Source: Minisyncoccota bacterium (GTDB taxonomy: Bacteria > Patescibacteriota > Minisyncoccia > Phycocordibacterales > PALSA-1337). From it: a DNA stretch of 64,000 nt. The notes below the pieces were generated by a model that did not search any database, was not told the DNA's origin, and saw nothing but the letters and a program-made list of their open reading frames with translations. Every line of letters begins with the position of its first letter. Position 1 is the first letter of the stretch. This document shows positions 19,623 to 28,149 of this stretch, one piece after another. The position numbers were made by a program, and so were the translations under genes. The stretch is taken from positions 18,970-82,969 of the forward strand of contig DATDYB010000005.1 in NCBI GenBank assembly GCA_036517115.1, written 5' to 3'.

Positions 19623-21386
19623 TCAACGCGCACGCGACCTGTTATCGAGCTTATATATAGTGAATCGACCGTCGTCGTATACGAGCGAGGCGTTCGACAA
19701 CAGAGACGGCTTGAAGTGTCCCGTGTCGGTTTCTTTATCTGTAATACCATACGCAACCTTGTACGTCGTGAGTAACTCACTGATGTTCGGCCGAATATCA
19801 CGCTCATAGCGGCGGTATAGATCGTCAAAATATTCTTCGCCCGCGTATCCCACCGCTGTGGTCATACTTCCACAATCTCTGAACCAGTCCAGGCGAAACA
19901 TGCGACAAAGCTTTACCTTCCGGTTATACGTCCTGTATTTGTGCTCCGAATTCCCCACTCCCGCGTATTCTTGGTAGTCAAGGAAGAGATCGTTTTTTGT
20001 AAGATGAAAATAGTTCGCGGTAAGATAGCGCTCCTCGACCTCTCTCGATGACAGGAGATGTAGTGCCCCGCCCGCTCGCCACAGTACGTAATGGGGTGTA
20101 AGCATGGTGACATAGCGTACGATTCTACCATGAGGATCTCCCCATATGACCGAAGGTTCTCGCACGTTCTCCCGAAGCCATGAAAGGGGCTTTTCGAATC
20201 CTTGAATGTTCTCTGAAAGTTCCTTGCCGTAGGAGCTTAGGGGAATAACCGACGGACCATACTGGATGAGATAGCGAACATTGGCGACGAGAAGAAAACC
20301 GATAAGAACGGTCACTATCGCCAACTGTCGCGGTTTAAAAAGTTTGAGGTCTCCCCTCCTCTCCCACACAAGAGAAAAGAGGCAAGCGGTAGCAAGCGAG
20401 AGAAGATAAATAATGAATCGCTCGACATGCTGAGGCAATTCAAGATCCTTGCCGGTAATAAGGTTCGACCATGTGACCGCGACGGCGGCAAGGCCCACTA
20501 TGGAAAAAAACAGCGCACTTTGTCTGTCTATCATCCTTCTGAACATCAGCCCGACCAGGAAAATTATCAGAACGGGAAGGCAGGAATAGAGAGCGGCCGC
20601 CGTAGGTAGATGGGTATAGAGAAGACCGATCCGATCCATGGTCTGCCAATAGTCGGGATGGTTGAGTTGTTTCAACGTATACATGATAAGCGGTAGTGAA
20701 GCGAGGATAAAAATGCCGAAAACCCTGAACCATGCGGTTAAAAGATTTTTCCGACCGGAATACCAAAAGAGTGCGGCGGTGAGGAGAAACGCCACGACGA
20801 CGATCTGCCATGCGTACGTATAGACATAGGCCGAAGAAGCTCCGGCAATACCGAGAAAGAGCATTTTCTTGCGACTTTCCGGCTCTCTAAGCCAGAGGGC
20901 ATACGCAATGAGAAAAGCGATGAAAAAAGGAAATATGACCTGCATCGAAACAGGGCGGATGATAAAAAGGTAGAGTTCGAGATAGCAGAGCATTGAACCC
21001 GCGAGAGCCGCCTTCCTAAAACCGAGGACGGTTATCAAAACGTAGGTGAGCAAAAGAAAAATAAAGGACCACAAGAAAAGGTTGACATGAATGGCAGTCA
21101 TAAGCGGTAGACCGAGGATGAGCGGCACCGCGCTTATCCAATCCGCCGCAAAAAAAGCCGGAGCTGGTGCATCACGATGTTCAAAAAAATACGGGTTACC
21201 GAGAAAAGGATGGCCGTCCGCGACTTCCTGCATGCGGTCGTAATAGTAGTCGGTATCATTGTAGATTCCGACAGGCACGCGGGGAGATGCTCCGAGTGTT
21301 AAAAAGGTATGGATGAAAGGCAGTACCGTAAAAAAAAGTGCTGTAATCGCCAGTATGATGAGGTGTTTTGAAGATATGAATTTCAT
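19623..21386 (-). CDS. Polytopic membrane protein, GT-C-like (paralog of 11903-13663)
   Basis: Multiple TM segments, DTDYYYDRMQEVADGHP..GNPYFFEH loop and a soluble C-terminal domain. Confidence 0.6.
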   Translation of the reverse strand: MKFISSKHLIILAITALFFTVLPFIHTFLTLGASPRVPVGIYNDTDYYYDRMQEVADGHPFLGNPYFFEHRDAPAPAFFAADWISAVPLILGLPLMTAIHVNLFLWSFIFLLLTYVLITVLGFRKAALAGSMLCYLELYLFIIRPVSMQVIFPFFIAFLIAYALWLREPESRKKMLFLGIAGASSAYVYTYAWQIVVVAFLLTAALFWYSGRKNLLTAWFRVFGIFILASLPLIMYTLKQLNHPDYWQTMDRIGLLYTHLPTAAALYSCLPVLIIFLVGLMFRRMIDRQSALFFSIVGLAAVAVTWSNLITGKDLELPQHVERFIIYLLSLATACLFSLVWERRGDLKLFKPRQLAIVTVLIGFLLVANVRYLIQYGPSVIPLSSYGKELSENIQGFEKPLSWLRENVREPSVIWGDPHGRIVRYVTMLTPHYVLWRAGGALHLLSSREVEERYLTANYFHLTKNDLFLDYQEYAGVGNSEHKYRTYNRKVKLCRMFRLDWFRDCGSMTTAVGYAGEEYFDDLYRRYERDIRPNISELLTTYKVAYGITDKETDTGHFKPSLLSNASLVYDDGRFTIYKLDNRSRAR

Positions 21387-22234
21387 TTTTTTCTAGCGAT
21401 AATGAACATATTATCACGAGTGTTGAGGGAAATGGATATCCGCGAAAGCGCTCCCCTCCGGAACAGAAACGAGAGACGTTTCCAGAGTGATAATCCCTGC
21501 CATTTATATAGCATTTTGAAAATGTACTGTAGCGTAAACTGTTTGCCGATCGTGGTCAAGAGCAGTGTATCAAATCCCGCTTTTTCTAAAAGTGTGACGA
21601 TATTTCTACGGTTGAAATAGTAGAGATGCTCAGGTGGCACGATGAGATGCCATCTTTTCCCAAAAATTCTCGCCACATTACTACCTGCGTCGGGAGTGTT
21701 GATAACGAGAATGCCGCCCTCCGAGAGCAGCGCATGCGCTGCTGCGAGCTCCTGGTGAGGATTCTCGACATGCTCGATAAGATCAAGCATGGTGATGGCG
21801 TCAAACGAGACTTCTTTGGGAAGGGACTGGAGCGTGCCGGTAACAACATCGAGTCCTTTCTTCCTCCCGAGCGCCGCCGCATGCTCGGAAACCTCCACCC
21901 CCTTAACCTGCCATCCATCCTTCTGGGCAAGATCAATGAAGAATCCAGAGGCCGCACCGACGTCTAGCAGCTTTTTTCCGGCAGGGACATATGACCGAAT
22001 AAGGCGAAGATACCGCATGAAGGTCAGGATCATAGGCTCCTTGTCCGCATCGTAGTCAACGTAACCGAAGCCTCCTTTTGCTCCACCGAAATAGTCTTCA
22101 GAATAAACCATAGCCGCGTCCACGGTTGTCGGATAGACAAAAAGAAGTCCACACGATCCGCACTCGAAAATATCGCAATTATTTTTGCGAACAAAAAATT
22201 TGATGGTAATACTGCTACAAACAAGACATTTCAT
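21383..22234 (-). CDS. SAM-dependent methyltransferase with N-terminal Cys motifs
   Basis: CLVC...CGSCG, LLDVGAASG, DLIEHVENP and PPEHLYYF. The ATG at 22234 overlaps the upstream stop. Confidence 0.88.
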   Translation of the reverse strand: MKCLVCSSITIKFFVRKNNCDIFECGSCGLLFVYPTTVDAAMVYSEDYFGGAKGGFGYVDYDADKEPMILTFMRYLRLIRSYVPAGKKLLDVGAASGFFIDLAQKDGWQVKGVEVSEHAAALGRKKGLDVVTGTLQSLPKEVSFDAITMLDLIEHVENPHQELAAAHALLSEGGILVINTPDAGSNVARIFGKRWHLIVPPEHLYYFNRRNIVTLLEKAGFDTLLLTTIGKQFTLQYIFKMLYKWQGLSLWKRLSFLFRRGALSRISISLNTRDNMFIIARKK

Positions 22235-22941
22235 ACTCGTTTTCGGAAAATCATTTTCCACGGTGCAATGATACCTTCACGAATAATGTGTGAGCTTAAT
22301 TTCGACTCCCCTTCCCGTCGCCGTTTAAAGACGATGGGCACTTCACTCATGCGGGCACCCTTCTTCCACAATGCGTATTTAAGCTCGATCAGGAAAGCAT
22401 AGCCAGACAGGTCAATACTTTTAGTGAAGTTGCTGTCAAGCATCGTTGTGCGGATAAGCATATAACCAGCAGTGAAATCCGTAAGTGGCATTCTAGTTAC
22501 AGCCCGACAATAGAAGCTTGCGAGCCGCGACAACACCCTCCGCCACAACTCCCATCCTTCCGTTCCAGAACCACCGCCAACGTACCGTGAACCGATCACC
22601 ATGTCGCTTGTTTCGGCTGCCTTGAGTATTGCGGGAAGATAGGAGGGGTGATGAGAAAAATCGGCGTCCATCATGACAATATGCTCGATGCCGACATCTT
22701 GAGACAGCTCCTCAAACGCGTGAAGATACGCCTTGCCCAGACCTTCTTTTTTCTCTCTCCAGAGGAGCGACACCTGCTTGTTCGAGGCGGCGATTCTTCG
22801 GACGACATCGGCCGTGCCGTCGGGGGAATTGTCGTCCACCACCATAATATGAATATGGGGCATCAGCTGGAGTACCTCCGGAATAAGCGCCTCAATATTA
22901 TTTCGCTCATTATAGGTCGGAATGACGATGACCGTTTTCAT
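22231..22941 (-). CDS. Polyprenol-monophosphomannose synthase (DPM1-like GT2)
   Basis: IPTYNE, VDDNSPDGT, GLGKAY, MDADFSH, GSRY and GESK. Confidence 0.9.
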   Translation of the reverse strand: MKTVIVIPTYNERNNIEALIPEVLQLMPHIHIMVVDDNSPDGTADVVRRIAASNKQVSLLWREKKEGLGKAYLHAFEELSQDVGIEHIVMMDADFSHHPSYLPAILKAAETSDMVIGSRYVGGGSGTEGWELWRRVLSRLASFYCRAVTRMPLTDFTAGYMLIRTTMLDSNFTKSIDLSGYAFLIELKYALWKKGARMSEVPIVFKRRREGESKLSSHIIREGIIAPWKMIFRKRV

Positions 22942-23021
22942 GCGAATCAGTATATTCTATTTCCTCCCCACCGCCAAATGTTAAACACCGAGTGTTGAAC
23001 AGTGTTGAACAAAAAGCTCCA

Positions 23022-23088
23022 CACCCCGACAAAAAAGTTCGCGCTACGGGCCGACAGGCCTCCGTCTACGAACTTTTTTGTCGGGGTG
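23022..23088. repeat. Palindromic element, family A (20-bp perfect IR), just downstream of the DGR RT stop
   Basis: CACCCCGACAAAAAAGTTCG and CGAACTTTTTTGTCGGGGTG, with CTCCA on both sides (23017-23021, 23089-23093). Confidence 0.85.
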
Positions 23089-23093
23089 CTCCA

Positions 23094-24086
23094 CTACCTC
23101 TGCTTTTTTGTGATCTGTTGTTGGAGTTTATACCCCTCCCCATGCTTCAAAAGCCCGAGATAGGAAGCGATTGTTGCTGTGCTTGGTTTATCATAGCACC
23201 GCGCAAACATTCTCCTCTTTGTTGTCGTTCTTAACACTCGGTGTGTGGGGAAATGCACCCAGCCGAGGAAGTCCACGCCAGAGGCAAGGGTTTTTATGAA
23301 TACTTTGTCAGGGTGAAGTGACAATTTCAATCGTTCTGAAAGAAATGTGCCGATCTTCACTATCAGATCTTCTAGGTATGCTTTACTGTGGTGCAGAATG
23401 ACGAAGTCATCGGCATAACGAATGTAGTACTTCACTTTCTGTGTATGTTTCACCCACTGATCGAACTCGTTCATGTAGACATTGACTAGGAGTTGGGAGG
23501 TGAGGTTGCCGAGAGGGAGACCAACTCCGAGAGTAGCACTATGGAAACTCTCGATGATATTCTGAAGAAGCCGAAGGATGTCGCTGTCGGATATGTGTTT
23601 TTCGAGAATTGAGAGCAATATCGGCTGATCGATAGAGGCGAAGAACTTGCGGATGTCGCATTTTAATACGAAGCATGTCCGATAACCACAATCCTCCACC
23701 CATGTCGAAAATGACGTAAACCTTCGGAGTGCTTTATGCGTCCCCTTACCCAACCTGCATGAATATGAATCATAGATAAATATTTGGTTAAAAAATGGAT
23801 ATAGCGCACGGAACACTGCGTGATGAACTATTCTGTCTCTCACACTTGCCTTATGGATGTCTCTCGGCTTCGGATCATTTATTTTGAAATGTCCGTATCC
23901 GCCATGTTGATAACTTCTTGATGATAGATCTTGTTGTAATGACATAAGATTCGGCATGAGACGGAGGCCGAACTCTTGAACGTCCGCTCTCTTCGTTTTT
24001 CCTTTTAAAAAAATTCTCCACGAGGTAAGTAGATTTTCCAAAGAGATGATATTCTTATACTGATGAGTAAAATAAACTTGATGCAT
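23094..24086 (-). CDS. DGR reverse transcriptase
   Basis: KPRDI, RDRIVHHA, YSCRLGKGTH, KCDIRKFFASI, GLPLGNLTSQ (DGR-type SQ), YIRYADD and GVDFLG. No maturase or endonuclease domain. The ORF extends to 24152; the ATG at 24086 is the likelier start. Confidence 0.95.
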   Translation of the reverse strand: MHQVYFTHQYKNIISLENLLTSWRIFLKGKTKRADVQEFGLRLMPNLMSLQQDLSSRSYQHGGYGHFKINDPKPRDIHKASVRDRIVHHAVFRALYPFFNQIFIYDSYSCRLGKGTHKALRRFTSFSTWVEDCGYRTCFVLKCDIRKFFASIDQPILLSILEKHISDSDILRLLQNIIESFHSATLGVGLPLGNLTSQLLVNVYMNEFDQWVKHTQKVKYYIRYADDFVILHHSKAYLEDLIVKIGTFLSERLKLSLHPDKVFIKTLASGVDFLGWVHFPTHRVLRTTTKRRMFARCYDKPSTATIASYLGLLKHGEGYKLQQQITKKQR

Positions 24087-24117
24087 TCCATAAATAGTAC
24101 CCACCCCCCGCACGGTT

Positions 24118-24465
24118 TTGCCAGTGCTTGAGAAATTGAAAGATGGATACACATTGTGGCACAGATGTCACGAACTGATGCCAAAAACACAGCGATATTC
24201 ACTTGGCAACAGAATTGATAAATTGTTTATAGAGGCGATCGAGGCGACAGCAACGGCAGCTTTCCTTCCCCCACAAGAAAAGGTGGCGTGGGTTCGTTTA
24301 GCACTTCGAAAAACCGACGTCATACAAGTGTTATTATTGATCTGCTTAGAGACTGATTCATTCGAAGAAAAGCATTTTGTTGATGTATCGATGAAGCTTG
24401 CGGAGATTGGTAAAGATCTAGGCGGGTGGAACGGCAAACTTACAAAACAAAACTCCGGCGGATAA
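24118..24465 (+). CDS. avd: Avd-like accessory variability determinant (four-helix bundle)
   Basis: 115 aa, helical, with MPKTQRYSLGNRI and EIGKDLGGW matching the Avd / 23S-IVP four-helix-bundle pattern. Lies between RT and TR. Start uncertain. Confidence 0.85.
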   Translation: MPVLEKLKDGYTLWHRCHELMPKTQRYSLGNRIDKLFIEAIEATATAAFLPPQEKVAWVRLALRKTDVIQVLLLICLETDSFEEKHFVDVSMKLAEIGKDLGGWNGKLTKQNSGG

Positions 24466-24487
24466 ATCCTACGGAGAAATGAATAAG

Positions 24488-24615
24488 TTGCGGAAGGACG
24501 AAGGCGAAACCGCCATTGTCGTTCCAGTTGTTGTCCGGCCTATCGTAGTTGGCGTTCAAACAGCGACCGTCATTGTCACGGTTCGCATAGAGCACGTTCG
24601 GATCGCCGTCGGAAT
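24488..24615 (-). ncRNA. DGR template repeat (TR)
   Basis: 128 nt, 112/128 identical to VR and rich in AAC/AAT codons. In the VR frame it reads SDGDPNVLYANRDNDGRCLNANYDRPDNNWNDNGGFAFVLPQ. Confidence 0.95.
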
Positions 24616-24848
24616 GCGCGAGATTTCATCCCTGCAACTGTAAAATCATAGCTAGTTTTTGTAATTTTAAATTACCCAAAACCCCGCGCCAAGTAGCTTC
24701 ATTTTTTTAAAGAAGTGTCTACATGTACCCTCCGTCTAGAATGATAATTCTAAAGACGCTCTCAATACATGGATACTGGTTTCGGCAGTCCTGACATTCT
24801 GATGCCAAAACAGATTCGCCTACTTCCGTCTGTAAGTATATATGAAAA

Positions 24849-24870
24849 AACCTCGACGTGTGTCGAGGTT
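24849..24870 (-). terminator. Hairpin downstream of VR (terminator and/or DGR homing hairpin)
   Basis: Minus strand AACCTCGAC-ACAC-GTCGAGGTT followed by TTTT, 30 nt after the target stop codon. Confidence 0.7.
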
Positions 24871-24900
24871 GTGTAAAAACCAAAGCCAAGGGACCGAGGG

Positions 24901-25659
24901 CTAGGTTTGAGAAACCGAAGTCGAGGGCTCTTGCGGAAGGACGAAGGCGAAACCGCCATTGCCGTACCAGCTGAAGCCCGGCCCACCGTAGAAGGCGTCC
25001 AAACAGCGACCGTCATCGTCACGGCCCGCACAGAGCACGCTCGGATCGCCGTCGGAATCATTGATCGCGTCATGCATCGCTACGATGTACCAGAGACCGA
25101 GTTCTTCGAGTTCGGCATCGGTGAGAAGGTCTCGAATAAGCGGACCAACTTCCCAATGAGGTGTCTTCCACCCCCGAACCTCTGCGTCTTTGCGGATTGT
25201 TTTGGTGTACCGATCCTTGTTCTTGATCTTATTACCGGGCCGGACAGCGATGTTATACGTCACGCCGGTGGTAGGTGCGTCCGTTGCCCTCCTTAGAACA
25301 TTCTTGCCCCAGTCGGAAACGCGATAGGGCTGCCCCTTGGCATCCTTCTTTTCCTTTTCGAAATAGGTAATCCACTGTTCATTGGTACGACCGTTGGAAG
25401 TGACTTCGAAGTAAATAGTTCCTTCGGAGTCAATTACCCATTTGGAACCCGCCGGAATGGCAGGAATGACTGGCTTGATCGTTTCGCCGCTTTGATCAAT
25501 GAGTACGAGCTTGGCTTTGCCTCTTACGAGCATCGATACAGCCGTGAAGTTTTCTTCTGTCGACAACCATTCAACGTCATTGGTGTCGCCGTCGTTGCGT
25601 TTAATAGCCGTCTCCAATTTGTGACCTGCACCTTGAGTTAGTACGAACGTGCTGTTCAT
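24901..25659 (-). CDS. DGR target protein with C-terminal variable region
   Basis: 252 aa. VR encodes the C-terminal SDGDPSVLCAGRDDDGRCLDAFYGGPGFSWYGNGGFAFVLPQ. Purine-rich RBS-like AGAAAGGA upstream. Confidence 0.93.
   Translation of the reverse strand: MNSTFVLTQGAGHKLETAIKRNDGDTNDVEWLSTEENFTAVSMLVRGKAKLVLIDQSGETIKPVIPAIPAGSKWVIDSEGTIYFEVTSNGRTNEQWITYFEKEKKDAKGQPYRVSDWGKNVLRRATDAPTTGVTYNIAVRPGNKIKNKDRYTKTIRKDAEVRGWKTPHWEVGPLIRDLLTDAELEELGLWYIVAMHDAINDSDGDPSVLCAGRDDDGRCLDAFYGGPGFSWYGNGGFAFVLPQEPSTSVSQT
24931..25058 (-). repeat. DGR variable repeat (VR)
   Basis: Ungapped alignment to TR at offset 443. Sixteen substitutions (11 A>G, 5 A>T on the coding strand) change 13 codons. Confidence 0.95.
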
Positions 25660-25845
25660 AACAGCGTGTCCTTTCTTTTGTTTGAGCGTGCCTTCTATGG
25701 AGCATGCCCTTTTAGTTTATTGAACGCTGGACTCTTCGCCACAGCGGAGAACCCCTTTATTTAGCAAGGCTAAGCCTTGCTAAGAGGGACTTTCTGCTGG
25801 GGCGAATCTCACTTTTTAAGGTACTTTTACCTGCTTAGTGGTATA

Positions 25846-26967
25846 CTACAAATGGGTACAAAAGTCAATGATAGCTCCTGCCCTTTTTTCCCAAGTGTGT
25901 TCCTGTACATCAGTGTACGCTTGTTTCCGCCGTTGTTCTGCATCTTGGGGGTTTTCTAGTGCTTCTCGAAGAGTTTCGGCGAATGAGTGCGAGCTATCGG
26001 ACTGTGCGAAAAAGCAGTTTTTTTCCGAGAGAATTTCCCGTAGCGACGGCAGGTCGGAGGCGACAATGGGACGGCCACTTGCCATGTATTCAAAAAGCTT
26101 CAGAGGTGAGGTATAGCTTTTTGAAAGCTCGCTTTTTCCACTATTAGGAATAACAAGAACATCTGCCGCTTTCATGTAAAAGGGCATATGCTCATGCTTT
26201 GCAAATGGTAGAACCCTTACATTCGCCGCTTCATACTTCTTTTTGAAAAGAGACAGCTCCGGTTCCACCCCTCCAATGAAGACGAACAGATAATCATCTC
26301 CAAACTCTTTTGCTGCCTCTGCAAGCGTCTCCCCTCCTTTCCATGAATAGAGGTGCCCCGTGTAGAGCACGATTCTTTTATCTTTCGGTAAACCGAGTTT
26401 TTGCCTGGCTTCATTTTTTGAAATAGGGATATCAAATTTTTTCAAGTCGACCCCATCTGGCGCAACAAGAATTTTTTCACCCTCAATACCCGCTTCAATG
26501 AGCCTTGATCGCATGATGGAGGTGAGCACGATCAGGCGATCGGGGATGAGGAGGTGTTTTTTAGATATTCCATCAAGCGAATGGAGCTCCGCGACCCGAT
26601 AATGTTTTTTTGCCGAGAAAAAAGAAAGCAGACGAGGATTTCTTGCATAGACCACGCTTCCTTGCGGAAGTGCGGTGAACAAGAGGCGTAGGTGAAAAAA
26701 GAGTGCATCGAGCCGGTACAGCAGATTGCCGAACCGAAGCGTTCTGCCCAAAAAATCCGGACTTGCCACCTTCCTGATTTCGAAATTTCTTTCCACGCCA
26801 TAATAGACGAAAGGGTCATGTTCCTCGCCGGCGTTATTCTTTCGATTCGGCACGAGCAGTGTTACCTCCTGTCCCCCACGGGCGAAGGCCTCGCACATCT
26901 TCATGATCTGCAAACCATGCGCCCGCTCGGTCGGCAACCTGACATCGGCAATGTAGTAGAGTTTCAT
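25846..26967 (-). CDS. Glycosyltransferase family 4
   Basis: AHGLQIMKMCEAF, YTGHLYSWKG and SPLKLFEYMASG. ATG at 26967. Confidence 0.9.
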   Translation of the reverse strand: MKLYYIADVRLPTERAHGLQIMKMCEAFARGGQEVTLLVPNRKNNAGEEHDPFVYYGVERNFEIRKVASPDFLGRTLRFGNLLYRLDALFFHLRLLFTALPQGSVVYARNPRLLSFFSAKKHYRVAELHSLDGISKKHLLIPDRLIVLTSIMRSRLIEAGIEGEKILVAPDGVDLKKFDIPISKNEARQKLGLPKDKRIVLYTGHLYSWKGGETLAEAAKEFGDDYLFVFIGGVEPELSLFKKKYEAANVRVLPFAKHEHMPFYMKAADVLVIPNSGKSELSKSYTSPLKLFEYMASGRPIVASDLPSLREILSEKNCFFAQSDSSHSFAETLREALENPQDAEQRRKQAYTDVQEHTWEKRAGAIIDFCTHL

Positions 26968-27149
26968 AATATCGCTAGTATAAAGTAAAAATTTCACAAT
27001 TACTATAAGTCGGAATAGAATCGATAAAATCGCTCATATGCGAGGCGCCGGCGAGTGAGAAGCGAATACTTGTAGCTTCGCAAGACCTTTTGAGACATTT
27101 TCTGAAATGTCCAAAAGGTATACAGTTCCTGTAAGGAATTGCGACCATT

Positions 27150-28148
27150 CTAAATATGCTTGAGAAATTGCTCGGCAAACTTCATCGGGTTTTGATATTT
27201 TTCCATATCGGCCTTGACCATCATCGAGACTAGCTCTTTAAGAGACGTCTTGGCCTCCCAGCCCAAGTTTTTCTTGGCCTTAGCAGGGTCGCCCAAAAGA
27301 TAGCGCACATCAACCGGTCGGATGAACTGCTGGTCCACCCGAACGTATTTTTTGTAGTCCAGTCCGAGCGTGCCGAATGCCGCTTCGCAAAATTCACGCA
27401 CAGAATGACTCTCGCCCGTGGCGATGACATAGTCATCGGGCTTAGGCTGCTGGAGCATCCGCCACATCGCTTCGACATAGTCCCCCGCGAAACCCCAGTC
27501 ACGCATGGCGTCAAGATTGCCGAGTGGTAGGTAGTCGACATAGCCGAGCTTGATGCGTGCCGCGCCATCGGTGATTTTCTTGGTGACAAATTCGATACCA
27601 CGGATCGGAGACTCGTGATTAAAGAGAATGCCGGAGCAGGCAAAGAGCCCGTACCCCTCGCGATAATTTTTAGTCACCCAGTGGGCGTAGAGCTTACCCG
27701 CGGCATAGGGACTGGCCGGCTCGAAAGGAGTTTTCTCGCTCTGCGGATGCGGGGCATTGCCGAACATTTCTGATGTGGAGGCTTGATAAAATTTTATTTT
27801 TGGATTTAAAATTCGAATCGAGTCAAGAATGCGCGTCACTCCGAGGGCGCAGATTTCTCCGGTAGCAATGGCCTCCTCGAAAGACACTCCGACGAAGCTT
27901 TGTGCAGCCAGGTTGTATATTTCATCCGGCTCGCTTTTTTGTATGGCGGTTAGGATGGAGGTCTGATCGAGGAGATCCATAGGAATGAGCTCGATATCTT
28001 TTTTAACGTCAAGGTAATGGAGACGCCAGAAATTCCTTGTGCTTGTACGACGATAACCACCGAAGACCTTGTAACCTTTACTAACAAGGAACTTCGCGAG
28101 ATATGCTCCATCCTGTCCCGTTATACCTGTAATAAGTGCTCGTTTCAT
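27150..28148 (-). CDS. gmd: GDP-mannose 4,6-dehydratase
   Basis: ITGITGQDGAYLA, YNLAAQSFV, YQASTSEMFG, LFNHESP and GNLDAMRDWG. Confidence 0.96.
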   Translation of the reverse strand: MKRALITGITGQDGAYLAKFLVSKGYKVFGGYRRTSTRNFWRLHYLDVKKDIELIPMDLLDQTSILTAIQKSEPDEIYNLAAQSFVGVSFEEAIATGEICALGVTRILDSIRILNPKIKFYQASTSEMFGNAPHPQSEKTPFEPASPYAAGKLYAHWVTKNYREGYGLFACSGILFNHESPIRGIEFVTKKITDGAARIKLGYVDYLPLGNLDAMRDWGFAGDYVEAMWRMLQQPKPDDYVIATGESHSVREFCEAAFGTLGLDYKKYVRVDQQFIRPVDVRYLLGDPAKAKKNLGWEAKTSLKELVSMMVKADMEKYQNPMKFAEQFLKHI

Positions 28149-28149
28149 A

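Larger units (their letters stand above)
23094..25659 (-). mobile_element. Diversity-generating retroelement (target-VR / TR / avd / RT)
   Basis: RT, Avd-like gene and a 128-nt TR/VR pair whose 16 mismatches all fall at TR adenines. Confidence 0.97.

Noticed and set aside
23094-24152. RT as a group II intron, retron or CRISPR-associated RT
   Set aside because: No maturase or endonuclease domain and no cas genes. The adjacent Avd and the A-specific TR/VR pair identify a DGR.
24762-25296. Alternative ORFs over VR (24762-25073 minus, 24907-25296 plus)
   Set aside because: Shadow frames. TR adenines fall in codon positions 1-2 (AAC/GAC) only in the 24901-25659 frame.
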